Made by a program: the position numbers and the translations under genes
Part shown: one piece after another, positions 42,002 to 51,202 of the stretch
How positions within the stretch are numbered: position 1 is the stretch's first letter
Layout: every line of letters begins with the position of its first letter
DNA from: an uncultured Pseudomonadota bacterium
Lineage (GTDB): Bacteria > Pseudomonadota > Alphaproteobacteria > JACZXZ01
Direction: 5' to 3'
Length of the DNA stretch: 64,000 nucleotides
Assembly (NCBI GenBank): GCA_963749075.1
Contig: CAVVLJ010000017.1
Coordinates: 480,001 to 544,000, forward strand
Notes under the pieces: model-generated
The model's input: the letters and a program-made list of their open reading frames with translations, nothing else
The model's database searches: none
Told to the model about the DNA's origin: nothing

Positions 42002-42604
42002 ATGTGGCGGGCCGCCTTGAGCGTGGCCGTGGTGGTGCTGGCGCTCGCCGCGGCGCCGGGACGAGAGGCGCTGGGGCAGGCGGCGCATGGGCCCGGCTGG
42101 ATCGTCGATCGCGCGGGCTGCCGGGTGTGGAACCCGGTCTTCGATCCGAAGCGCAGCTTCTCCTGGAGCGGCGCTTGCGCGAACGGCTATGCCGGCGGCG
42201 AGGGCGTGCTGCAATGGTACGAGAACGGCCTTCCCACCGACCGCTACGAGGGCAGCTATCGCGGCGGCAAGATGGACGGCCACGGGCTCTACGTGTGGGC
42301 GAACGGCGCGCGCCATGACGGCGAATGGAAAGAGAACGGGCGCAGCGGGCACGGCGTCTACGTGACGGCGAACGGCGACCGCTACGAGGGGGATTTCACG
42401 CAGGCGCTGCTCAACGGCCGCGGCGCCGCCGTCCTCGCCAACGGCGACCGCTACGAGGGCGGCTTCTGGAACTACCGCCCGAACGGCAAGGGCACGCTGC
42501 GGCGTCCCGACGGCGAGGTCTTCGCAGGCGAGTGGGTGAACGGCTGCTTCAAGAGCGCCACGCGGCGCTACGCGGTCGGGCTCGAGGTGTCTGAGTGCCA
42601 CTGA
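42002..42604 (+). CDS. Secreted MORN-repeat protein 3 (about 4 repeats)
   Basis: AAGGAG RBS, MWRAALSV signal peptide, same caps. Confidence 0.88.
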   Translation: MWRAALSVAVVVLALAAAPGREALGQAAHGPGWIVDRAGCRVWNPVFDPKRSFSWSGACANGYAGGEGVLQWYENGLPTDRYEGSYRGGKMDGHGLYVWANGARHDGEWKENGRSGHGVYVTANGDRYEGDFTQALLNGRGAAVLANGDRYEGGFWNYRPNGKGTLRRPDGEVFAGEWVNGCFKSATRRYAVGLEVSECH

Positions 42605-42698
42605 GCGGCGGGCCGTTTTGCCGCCCACCAGTGACGGCCGTCACTGACCTCTCCTCCCTCCCGGGCTAAAAGCAAGCCCTCTACCGGGAGCGAGAGCG

Positions 42699-42866
42699 AT
42701 GACCGCGCCACCCTCCGAGCCCGCCGGCGACCCCGCCGCGAGCGAGAGCCTCACCGCGAAGGAGGTGCGGCAGGATGCGCTTCTCCTCGCCGCCATCCTG
42801 CTCCCGGCCCTCGCCTGCGGCTTCCTCTTCCCCGAAGTGGTCGCGGTCCTCTCGCGCATCTTCTAG
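42699..42866 (+). CDS. 55-aa membrane peptide (not in the ORF track)
   Basis: MTAPPSEPAGDPAASESLTAKEVRQDALLLAAILLPALACGFLFPEVVAVLSRIF; GC-rich third codon positions; purine-rich upstream sequence. Confidence 0.6.
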   Translation: MTAPPSEPAGDPAASESLTAKEVRQDALLLAAILLPALACGFLFPEVVAVLSRIF

Positions 42867-42906
42867 GGCCGCCAGAGCCGGGCCTTCGCCTCCGCCTGCC
42901 GCGCCG

Positions 42907-43563
42907 TCATCGGCATTCCGCCGCGCTGACGCCCACCGATGCCCGGCGGGCGGCGTCGCGGAAGCAGCCCTTCACCCAATTGCCCGAGAATTCGCCGTTG
43001 CCGGACCGATAGGTGCCGTAGCCGTCCGGCCGATCGTCTCTGTACTGGCCCTCGTAGCGGTCGCCGTTCGCCCACAGATAGACGCCGTGACCGTTGCGCA
43101 GGCCGTCGCGCCACTCGCCCTCGTAGCGGTCGCCGCCGGCCCACACGAGCACGCCGTGGCCGTTCTGGCGGTCGTCCTTCCACTGGCCGTCGTAGCGGTC
43201 GCCGTTCGCCCACAGATAGACGCCGTGGCCGTTCCGCCGGCCGTCCCGCCACTCGCCTTCATAGAGATCGCCATTGGCCGCCACGGCGACGCCGTGGCCG
43301 TTCTCGCGGCCATCCTTCCACTCGCCATCGTAGCGGTCGGTCGGCTGCCCATTCTGGTACCACTGGGCGACGCCTTCGCCGCTGGCGAGGCCGTTGGGGC
43401 AGACTCCGTTCCAGCTGATCGATTCGTTCGCCTGCGGGTTGCTGTTCCACAGCCGGCAGCCTTGCTTGTCGACGGACCAGCCCGGAGCACCCTCCCCCAC
43501 CTGAGCATCGGCGTTGCCGAGCGCAGTGACGGCAGCGACGATCCCCGCTGCGATCCATCGCAT
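42907..43563 (-). CDS. Secreted MORN-repeat protein 4 (about 5 repeats)
   Basis: MRWIAAG signal peptide, same caps, opposite strand. Confidence 0.88.
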   Translation of the reverse strand: MRWIAAGIVAAVTALGNADAQVGEGAPGWSVDKQGCRLWNSNPQANESISWNGVCPNGLASGEGVAQWYQNGQPTDRYDGEWKDGRENGHGVAVAANGDLYEGEWRDGRRNGHGVYLWANGDRYDGQWKDDRQNGHGVLVWAGGDRYEGEWRDGLRNGHGVYLWANGDRYEGQYRDDRPDGYGTYRSGNGEFSGNWVKGCFRDAARRASVGVSAAECR

Positions 43564-43761
43564 GGCCTGCCCCTCGCCTTGCCGCCGCCAAGCCTCCCAC
43601 GGCCAATTGAGCGCCCCCACGGGCATCGCGATGCTCGCCGCCATGCTAGCACGCGCGTCGAGGTTGTTTTAACGATTAAGAAACCTTTGCCGCCACGGCA
43701 AGGGGGGCAGAAGACCAGCTTGGTCCGGCGCGGCTATTCCCGATCGCCGGAACAACCGATC

Positions 43762-44862
43762 TTACAGGGACCTGACAGCAGACCGGCGGGATAGCGGGGA
43801 CGAACGCCTCCGCGGCACCCCGGGTCGACCTTCTTGACCTGCGTCAACGCTCGGCAGAGCGAACCGTGCTCGCCTCGCTCCGTTCCGGCGCCGACCACCC
43901 CGATCGAGAGAGGCGCGCCAATCCGCGAGCTGGGAGAGGTTATCGACCGGCCACGAGAGCGCCGCGGTCATCTGCTGGAAGGCCTGGACCGTCTGCATCA
44001 GCGTGCCAAGGGTGATCGTCCCGGCGATGAAGCGCGGTGCGGCGACGAGGACGGGAAAGACTTGCGAGAACACCGACCAGCTCGAGGCATAGAAAAGCAG
44101 GTTGGTCAGGGCGCGCGTCTGGCGGTCCCACGCCTCCGCCGCGCCGCGAAAGAGACGGGAGAAATGCCGCCGCTCGTCCGCTTCGCCGTGGACGAGCGCG
44201 ATGGCGAGGGAATTCTCCCGCGCGCGCATCAGGCCGAAGCGAAAATTCGCCTCGAAGGTCTGACGCCGATCGGTCGCCCGCACCAAAGGGCGGCCCAGCA
44301 GCAACGCCACGGAGGTGCCGACCGCCGCCTGCGCCAACGCCAGCCATACCAGGTATCCTGGGATATAGAAATGGACGCCGCCGATTTCGTTGTCGGGCGA
44401 ACCGGACAAGGACCAGAGAATCTGCGTGAAGCTCACGAGCAGCAAGCCGCAATAGAGGAGCGAGTGCGCCAGCTCGACGGCATATTCGGTGCTGATGCGG
44501 GTGAACCATTGCCGCCAATCGACCTGGAGACGGCGCTTGACGCGCAGGTGGCTCGTGGTGATGACGACGTTCGCGGCAATGATGACGAAGAGGGCGCCGA
44601 GAAGGAGCGTGAAGCGGCCCATGGATCGCTTTTCCAGGGCATTGAACAGGTTCTCGTTCCAGGAGTTGAGGGCGATCGGGATCGCGACTTGCGCGACCGT
44701 CAGCACGACGAGCAGCAGCGTGAGCCAGAGCGCCTTCCATTTCCTTTCCGACCGCCAATAGGGGCTGGCGATCTCGAGGAAACGGCCGAAGAACTCCAGC
44801 CACGTCCGCGCCTGCCCTTGCGATGCGGCCGCAGCGGTCAAGATCGGGATCTGGGTTTCCAT
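43762..44862 (-). pseudogene. SbmA/BacA/YddA-type ABC transporter remnant
   Basis: PYWRSE.KW, NSWN..FNALE, EANFRFGLMRAREN...IAL..GE, LADWRAS. Segment after WRQWFT missing and no ATPase domain. Confidence 0.75.
43834..43847. promoter_or_regulatory. FNR/FixK box
   Basis: TTGAC-CTGC-GTCAA. Confidence 0.6.
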
Positions 44863-44887
44863 GCGTTCCCCTATCTCCTCCGGCCCG

Positions 44888-45856
44888 CTAGTGCTGCCGG
44901 CCGCTCTTCACGAGCCTGGCAAGGCCGAGAAGCGCCGGGTGCGGATGGATGATGACGGCGGTCGGTATGGCGCGCAGGTAGCCGCTCATCCGCCCCTTGG
45001 CCTCGAAGCGCTCGCGGAACGTCGAGCGAGCGAGATAGTCGACGAAGCGGGGCACCATGCCGCCGCCGATATAGACCCCGCCTCGTGCGCCGAGCGTCAG
45101 GGCTATGTTGCCGGCGACGCTGCCGAGGAGCGCGCAGAACAAATCGAGCGCCGCGCGGCACTCGGCGCAGTTTCCGGCGATGGCGTTGGAGACCACCTCC
45201 GCCGCGGTGAGCGGGCCGGCATCACGGCCGGCCAGAGCCGCGGCGGCGCTATAGAGATGCACGAGCCCGTCGCCCGAGAGTGCACGCTCCACCGAGACAT
45301 GCCCCACCCTCCCCCTGAGCGCTTCGATGATCGCATCTTCGCGGCGGTTCTCGCCGGCGAGCGTCGCGTGGCCGCCCTCGGTGACGAGGGGTATCTCCCG
45401 GCGGCCATCGCGAATGAGAGCGCTGGCGCCGAAGCCGGTCCCCGGCCCGATCACGACGATGGGGGCGTCGTCCGAGGCCGTCCCGGGTCCGATGGCGTGG
45501 ATGCCGCTTGCGGGGAGAGCCGGCACGGCGAGCGCGAGGGCGGCGAAATCGTTGACGATCAGCGCCGAGGCCATGCCAAAGGCGGCCCGGATGGCGGCGC
45601 CTTCGATGATCCAGGGCGCATTCGTCAGGGCGACGCGGCCATCGCTCACGGGGCCTGCGGCGGCGATCGCGGCGGCCTTCGGCTCATGCCCTTGTGCCGC
45701 GCCCGTGAGAAAGGCCGCGATGGCCTCGAGCGGCGATGGATAATCGGCGACCTTGCATACGGCGAGACATCGGAGCCTGCCCCGCTCGAGGATGGCGAAG
45801 CGGGCATTCGTGCCGCCGATATCGGCCACAAGGGTGGCTGCCGAGATGCGGGTCAT
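44888..45856 (-). CDS. glk: Glucokinase
   Basis: ADIGGTNARFA, NDFAA, GPGTGFG, TEGGH, ERALSG.GL, GGVYIGGG, F.AKGR. Confidence 0.95.
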   Translation of the reverse strand: MTRISAATLVADIGGTNARFAILERGRLRCLAVCKVADYPSPLEAIAAFLTGAAQGHEPKAAAIAAAGPVSDGRVALTNAPWIIEGAAIRAAFGMASALIVNDFAALALAVPALPASGIHAIGPGTASDDAPIVVIGPGTGFGASALIRDGRREIPLVTEGGHATLAGENRREDAIIEALRGRVGHVSVERALSGDGLVHLYSAAAALAGRDAGPLTAAEVVSNAIAGNCAECRAALDLFCALLGSVAGNIALTLGARGGVYIGGGMVPRFVDYLARSTFRERFEAKGRMSGYLRAIPTAVIIHPHPALLGLARLVKSGRQH

Positions 45857-46031
45857 GGCATGCTCGTCATATGTGCCGCGGCGTCCTACGGCCGCCGCCG
45901 GCCCGTGGCGTCCGGCTATGCGGCGTCATCGGCGCCAACCGTGCGGCCGCTCACCGGAGCCTCCTTCGCCAAGGCACAGTCGCATCGATCAAGACCCGTA
46001 AAGATCATGGGCAGCTTCCATATTCCGCTTA

Positions 46032-46045
46032 TTGATGCAAATCAA
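46032..46045. promoter_or_regulatory. FNR/FixK box (perfect consensus)
   Basis: TTGAT-GCAA-ATCAA between the divergent glk and DUF3775 genes. Confidence 0.85.
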
Positions 46046-46081
46046 ACCGGCCGTTCCCGCCGGCGGCGCATCGGGGATCGC

Positions 46082-46095
46082 TTGACCTGCATCAA
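46082..46095. promoter_or_regulatory. FNR/FixK box
   Basis: TTGAC-CTGC-ATCAA, 50 nt from the previous box. Confidence 0.8.
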
Positions 46096-46198
46096 AGCGC
46101 AGCACCGCGATCGCCGCTTGAATGGCATGGCTTGGTTGGCCGATCCGGCGGCACGGCCGAAGGGTGCGCGTCGGCGCCGACGAGAAGGGAGTGGTCAG

Positions 46199-46633
46199 AT
46201 GGCCGAGGACGAGAGCGCGGCGGGGCCGGATTTGAGCATCAGCCCCGAGAAGGTCTGCTACATCGTCATGAAGGCGCGCGAGTTCGACGCCAAAGTGGAG
46301 CCCGTCGAGCCCGACCCCGGATCGAACCCGGCGGATAGCGGCGAGCGCGAGATACTGGAGGATTATGCCGACGATCCGACGCTCGCGGAACTCAACGCGG
46401 CCATCGACGGCCTCAATGACGACGAGATCGTCGACCTCATAGCGCTTGCCTGGCTGGGACGGGGCGATTTCGCGAAGGACGGCTGGGAGGAGGCGAAGGC
46501 GCTCGCCGAGGAGCGCCACCGGCGCCACTCGGCGCGCTACCTCATCGGCATGCCGGCATTGGGCGACTATCTCGAGGAAGGGCTCGCGGCGCTCGGCTAC
46601 TCCTGCGAGGACTACGAGATGGGGCGCCTCTAA
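46199..46633 (+). CDS. DUF3775 domain protein
   Basis: ISPEKVCYIV.KAREFDAK, LIALAWLGRGD, YL.G.P.LGDYLEEGL. Confidence 0.85.
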   Translation: MAEDESAAGPDLSISPEKVCYIVMKAREFDAKVEPVEPDPGSNPADSGEREILEDYADDPTLAELNAAIDGLNDDEIVDLIALAWLGRGDFAKDGWEEAKALAEERHRRHSARYLIGMPALGDYLEEGLAALGYSCEDYEMGRL

Positions 46634-46664
46634 CGCGTGCCGGGGGCAAGCCGCGCGCGCCCCT

Positions 46665-47021
46665 TCAGATCTCGAATTTCTGGTGAAGACCCGGCATCTC
46701 GATGCGGATTCCCTCGAGCTGTCGCGCGAAGGCCGCCATGGCCTTCTCGTCGCCGTGCACAAGGAACGTCGTCTCGATCCCGCCGCGGAAGCCGCGCTTC
46801 ACGAGAAGAGGCAGGCGCCCGCAATGGTCGAGGTGCGCGTGCGTCAGCAGGAGGACGTTGACGGCCGCCGGATCGAAGCCGAATGGCTCGGCATTCTCCT
46901 CATGGAGCTCGCGGCTGCCCTGATAGAGCCCGCAATCGACCAGCACGCGGCGTCCCGCGCATTCCACGAGATGGCAGGAGCCGGTGACGCCGCGGTCGGC
47001 GCCGTTGAAGGACAGCCTCAC
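46665..47021 (-). pseudogene. MBL-fold/beta-CASP hydrolase with a large in-frame internal deletion
   Basis: VTGSCH, LVDCGLYQG, LTHAHLDHCGRLP joined directly to the C-terminal FLVHGDE; only 118 aa. Confidence 0.8.
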
Positions 47022-47070
47022 GCCCGCCTCCCTTGCCGCGGGACGACGCTCCGCGGGCCGCGCGCGGACG

Positions 47071-48063
47071 TCATCTTGCGCTGTCCGCGGCGGCCTCGGC
47101 CAAGGTGAGGCCGATCCTCTCGTACCACTGCCGGATGCCGTTCCAGATCTCCTCGGCACTCTCGGCGAACCAGAAGAGATCGCGGTCCTCGGGATCGATG
47201 ACGCCCTCGCTCACGAGGAAGTCCGGGTCGAAGGCCTTGCGCCAGAAGGCCTCGCCCACGAGGACGACGGGCACCGGCCTGATCTTGCGCGTCTGCACGA
47301 GCGTCAGCACCTCGAAGAGCTCGTCGAACGTGCCGTAGCCGCCGGGAAAGGCCACGAGCGCCCGCGCGCGCATCACGAAATGCAGCTTGCGCAGGGCGAA
47401 ATAATGGAAGCGGAAGCAGAGGTCGGGCGTGACGTAGGGGTTGGGGTATTGGTCGTGCGGCAGCGTGATGTTGAGGCCGACCGATGGCGCGCCGGCGTCG
47501 TGGGCGCCGCGGTTCGCCGCCTCCATGATGCCGGGCCCGCCGCCCGTCATCACCACGAGCTCGCCCCGTCTCCCGCCCGGTCCCGGCGAGGCTACGAGGC
47601 GGCTGAGCTCGCGCGCCACCTCGTAGTAATGGCTCTTGGCGAGAATGCACTCGGCGGCCGAGAGCCGGCTCGCCAGCTCCCTGTCGCCCGGCGAAAGCGA
47701 GAGCCTCGCGCGCAGCGCTTCCACGCGCCGCCGCGCCGCCGCCGGCTCGGCGATGCGCGTGCTGCCGAAGACCACGACGGTATGGTTGATGCCGTGATCC
47801 CCGAGCAGGAGCTCGGCCTTGAGATACTCGAGCTGCAGCCGCAGCCCGCGCGACTCGTCGCGGCTGAGGAATTGGACGTCCTGGTCGGCCTGGCGGTAGC
47901 TCGGGCTCGCGAGGATCGCCTCGATGCGCTCGGGGGCGCTCGCATCGTCCTCGCTCGGCTTGGGCCGCTGCCAAGGCAGCGGCTCGCGCCGATTCCGCGG
48001 ATGGGCAGGCGGCGGGACGCGCGCTGCCGCGGACGTTGCCGTCGCGTCTTTCTCGCTCGCCAT
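47071..48063 (-). CDS. LOG family (TIGR00730-like) protein
   Basis: VVFGSTR, TGGGPGIMEAANRGA, FHYFALRK, FPGGYGTFDELFE. Confidence 0.9.
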   Translation of the reverse strand: MASEKDATATSAAARVPPPAHPRNRREPLPWQRPKPSEDDASAPERIEAILASPSYRQADQDVQFLSRDESRGLRLQLEYLKAELLLGDHGINHTVVVFGSTRIAEPAAARRRVEALRARLSLSPGDRELASRLSAAECILAKSHYYEVARELSRLVASPGPGGRRGELVVMTGGGPGIMEAANRGAHDAGAPSVGLNITLPHDQYPNPYVTPDLCFRFHYFALRKLHFVMRARALVAFPGGYGTFDELFEVLTLVQTRKIRPVPVVLVGEAFWRKAFDPDFLVSEGVIDPEDRDLFWFAESAEEIWNGIRQWYERIGLTLAEAAADSAR

Positions 48064-48064
48064 G

Positions 48065-49003
48065 TCACACCGTCATGAGCCGGACGCTTGGATAGAGCCG
48101 CTCGACATCGTCGGGATGACAGAGCTCGGTGCCGGCCTGCAGGAGCGCTGCCGATCCGGCGGCGACGCCGAAGCGGAAGGCATCCTCGATCGGGCGGCCG
48201 CGCGCGAGCGCTGCCACCATCGCCGCGAGGAAGCTGTCTCCGGCACCGACGGCGCTCTTCACCGCGACCTTGAGGGCGGCGGCAGCGAAGGCACCCGCGC
48301 GCGTGGCGAGGAGGGCGCCGCGCTCGCCCAGCGTGAGCGCCACCGCCTCGGCCCTGCCGTCCCTCACGAGCGCCAGCGCCGCATCGCGCCATTCGTCCTC
48401 GCTTGCCAGGGCCCGGCCCGCGAGCCTGCGCAGCTCGCCGAGGTTCGGCTTGACCAGGTAGGCGCCCTCCGACAGGGCATGCTCGAGGGCGGCGCCCGAG
48501 GTATCGACGACGAAGCGGGCGCCGAGGCCGCGCACGACCCTGGCGATGCGCCCGTAGAAGTCCTCGGGGGCGCCGGGCGGCAGGCTGCCGCTCGCGACGA
48601 CGTAGGCCGGCCTGCTCGACTGCGACGCCAGGCGATCCAGGACCTGGTTCAATTCGCCCTCGCTCATTTCCGGCCCCGGGAGGACGAAACGATACTGCTC
48701 GCCCGTGGCCTCGTCGAGTGCCGTGAAATCCTCGCGCGTCTCATTGGCGATCTCGAGCGGCACGCTTCGGATGCCCTCCTCCTCGAGGAGGCGATGAAGG
48801 AGGCTGCCGGGAAGCCCGCCTGCCGGATAGACGGCGCTCACCTCAAGGCCGAGCCGCTTCACCACGCGCGCGACATTGATGCCGCCGCCGCCCGGGTCGC
48901 GGCGAGGCATCGTGCAGCGAAGCTTGCGCGTCGGCACGATCCTCGGAACCGACACCGAGAGATCGAGCGATGGATTCAAGGTCACGGTCACGATGCCGGT
49001 CAT
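48065..49003 (-). CDS. 1-phosphofructokinase/PfkB family hexose kinase
   Basis: TVTLNPSLD, PGGGGINVAR, SGSLPPG, KPN..EL, VGAGDS. Confidence 0.92.
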   Translation of the reverse strand: MTGIVTVTLNPSLDLSVSVPRIVPTRKLRCTMPRRDPGGGGINVARVVKRLGLEVSAVYPAGGLPGSLLHRLLEEEGIRSVPLEIANETREDFTALDEATGEQYRFVLPGPEMSEGELNQVLDRLASQSSRPAYVVASGSLPPGAPEDFYGRIARVVRGLGARFVVDTSGAALEHALSEGAYLVKPNLGELRRLAGRALASEDEWRDAALALVRDGRAEAVALTLGERGALLATRAGAFAAAALKVAVKSAVGAGDSFLAAMVAALARGRPIEDAFRFGVAAGSAALLQAGTELCHPDDVERLYPSVRLMTV

Positions 49004-49066
49004 GGCGGGCGCTCCGGGCGCAGCGGAATGCGATGCCGCAGAAGAGCAGATATGCGGACCGCTCCA

Positions 49067-49080
49067 TTGATGCAAGTCAA
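49067..49080. promoter_or_regulatory. FNR/FixK box serving the divergent pfkB and usp genes
   Basis: TTGAT-GCAA-GTCAA, about 63 nt from both start codons. Confidence 0.85.
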
Positions 49081-49142
49081 AGCATTCCGGCCACGGCGTG
49101 ACAAGACTGGTTCCCGGACCTCCACGACGGAAGGCTTGCGCC

Positions 49143-50009
49143 ATGAAAACGATCCTCGTCACGACGGGCGGCAGCACGACCGACAAGGCCGTGTTCGCAA
49201 CCGCCCTTTGCGCGGCGCGGCCCTTGGCGGCCCATCTCGAATTCTTTCACGTGCGCGTCACCGTCGAGGAGGCGGCGCTCTTCACGCCGCACGTGGAATT
49301 CGCCCGCGGTGCCGCCATCCGGGACGCGCTCGGCCGGCTGCACGACGAGGAGATCACGCGCTCCGCCGCGGCGTCGCTCCATTTCCGCACCTTCTGCGAG
49401 CAGGAGAAAATCGACATCCTCGAGGTGCCGTGCGCGAGCGGCCGCGTGAGTGCCTCCTGGCGCGAGGAGACGAACAGCGCGCGCCGCCGCCTCATGCTGC
49501 GCGCCCGCCACAACGACCTCGTGGTTATGGCACGCCCCACGCGGGCGAACGGGTTGCCGGCGGATCTCCTCGAGACCCTGCTGGTGGGTTGCGGCCGGCC
49601 GCTGCTGATCGCGCCCGCCAAGGCGCCCCGCAGCCTGAGCCGCACCGTGATGGTGTGCTGGAAGGAGACCGCCGAGGCGGCGCGGGCGCTCGCGGCGGCG
49701 CTGCCGCTCCTGGCCAAGGCCGAGCGCGTCCTCGTCACCGCGGTGGTCGAGCGCGGAGAGCCCTCCGCCGAGACGCTCGCCGATATCGCCCGCCAGCTGG
49801 CCTGGCACGGGATCGTCGCCGAGCCGCAGCTCCTGAGCGACGACGGGCGGCCGGCCGCGGCCCGGCTCGCCGCGCAAGCGGCGGCATGCCGCGCTGACCT
49901 CATGGTGATGGGGGCCTACGGGCACGGCAGGACGCGCGAGCTCATCTTCGGCGGCTGCACGCAGTCCGTCCTCGATGGGGCGGAGGTGCCGGTCTTTCTC
50001 CTCCATTGA
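49143..50009 (+). CDS. Universal stress protein (two-domain)
   Basis: MKTILV, GRPLLIAP, ADLMVMGAYGH...FGGCT..VL...PVFLLH. Confidence 0.9.
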   Translation: MKTILVTTGGSTTDKAVFATALCAARPLAAHLEFFHVRVTVEEAALFTPHVEFARGAAIRDALGRLHDEEITRSAAASLHFRTFCEQEKIDILEVPCASGRVSASWREETNSARRRLMLRARHNDLVVMARPTRANGLPADLLETLLVGCGRPLLIAPAKAPRSLSRTVMVCWKETAEAARALAAALPLLAKAERVLVTAVVERGEPSAETLADIARQLAWHGIVAEPQLLSDDGRPAAARLAAQAAACRADLMVMGAYGHGRTRELIFGGCTQSVLDGAEVPVFLLH

Positions 50010-50043
50010 GGCGGCCATCGCGGAAAGGGCGGCGTCTCGCCCG

Positions 50044-50057
50044 TTGACTTGGATCAA
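50044..50057. promoter_or_regulatory. FNR/FixK box
   Basis: TTGAC-TTGG-ATCAA upstream of the HlyD/ABC operon. Confidence 0.75.
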
Positions 50058-50092
50058 GATCGCCAAGGCATTCGCGTGCGAAAAGACGCGGC

Positions 50093-51202
50093 ATGGAAGG
50101 AGCGAACCCCATCACGGATGTGAAAGGCTCGGGGAATCCGCGTGGCTTGGCGCCGGCTGAGCCCAAGGAGCGGATCGTGGCTCCGGCGGCCCCGGCTGCG
50201 ACGCATGACCGCGTCGTGACGCCGCGCAAAATCATGGTCCTCGCCATAATCGCTCTCGCGGCGATCGCGTATGGCGTCCTCGAGGGGAGCGATACGTGGA
50301 AGGGATGGCTGGGCCTCGCGAAGCCGGCGACCGCGCTTGTCGTCTCCGGCAACATCGAGGCTCACGAGAGCGTGCTCGGATTCAAGACGGTGCAGTCGCG
50401 CATCGTCGAGCTCCCATTCGACGAAGGCCAATGGGTCAAGGCGGGTACGCTCGTCGCCAAGGTCGACGACGGCGACTACCGGCAGCAAGCGGCCATCGCC
50501 GAGGCGGCTCTCGCCGTTCAGCAGAGCCAACTTGCGGCGGCGGAGCAGAACCTCATCGCCGCGCAGAAGACCGTGGTCAGCGACCAGGCCAACGTCGAGA
50601 TGAAGAAGCTCGACAACGAGCGCTACCAGACGCTGTGGCGCCAGGGCTACACGCCGACCCAGACGCGGGACCAGGCGGCCACCGCCTATAGGCAATCGCG
50701 AGCCGCATCGCAACGCGACGAGGCGTTGGCGCTCGTGGCCGAGCGCAATATCGGGCTCGCGAAGGCGAACGTCCACGACGCGGAGGAGTCCCTCGGCCTC
50801 GCCAGGATCGTGCTCGGCTACACGACGCTCGTGGCACCCTTCGACGGCGTCATCCTCGTCCGCCAGGCCGAGCTCGGCGAGATCGCCATGCCCGGGACGG
50901 CGATCGCGACGCTGGCCAACCTCGACCATGTCTGGTTGCGGGCCTATATCAACGAGACCGACATCAGCCGCGTGCGCTTCGGCGCGGCGGCCGCGATCAC
51001 CACCGATACCTATCCGGGCAAGGTCTATCACGGGCGGATCTCGTTCATCTCGCCGAGCGCCGAATTCACGCCGAAGACGGTCGAGACCCACGCCGAGCGC
51101 GTGACGCTCGTCTATCGCATCAAGATCGACATCGACAACCCGACGCACGAGCTCGTCCCCGGCATGCCGGCGGATGCGGCGATCGAGCTGCCGCGGCCAT
51201 GA
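50093..51202 (+). CDS. HlyD-family periplasmic adaptor (YbhG-like)
   Basis: TM anchor, SGNIEA, APFDG, AEFTPKTVET..ER..LVYRIK, PGMPADA. Confidence 0.88.
   Translation: MEGANPITDVKGSGNPRGLAPAEPKERIVAPAAPAATHDRVVTPRKIMVLAIIALAAIAYGVLEGSDTWKGWLGLAKPATALVVSGNIEAHESVLGFKTVQSRIVELPFDEGQWVKAGTLVAKVDDGDYRQQAAIAEAALAVQQSQLAAAEQNLIAAQKTVVSDQANVEMKKLDNERYQTLWRQGYTPTQTRDQAATAYRQSRAASQRDEALALVAERNIGLAKANVHDAEESLGLARIVLGYTTLVAPFDGVILVRQAELGEIAMPGTAIATLANLDHVWLRAYINETDISRVRFGAAAAITTDTYPGKVYHGRISFISPSAEFTPKTVETHAERVTLVYRIKIDIDNPTHELVPGMPADAAIELPRP

Noticed and set aside
40350-43340. 69-bp periodic repeats as a CRISPR array
   Set aside because: They are degenerate, in-frame MORN codons inside ORFs; there are no cas genes or leader.
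43667-43690. TTAA pair upstream of MORN gene 4 as a CtrA box
   Set aside because: The spacing is TTAA-N3-TTAA rather than N7, and the alternative register has a poor second half-site.
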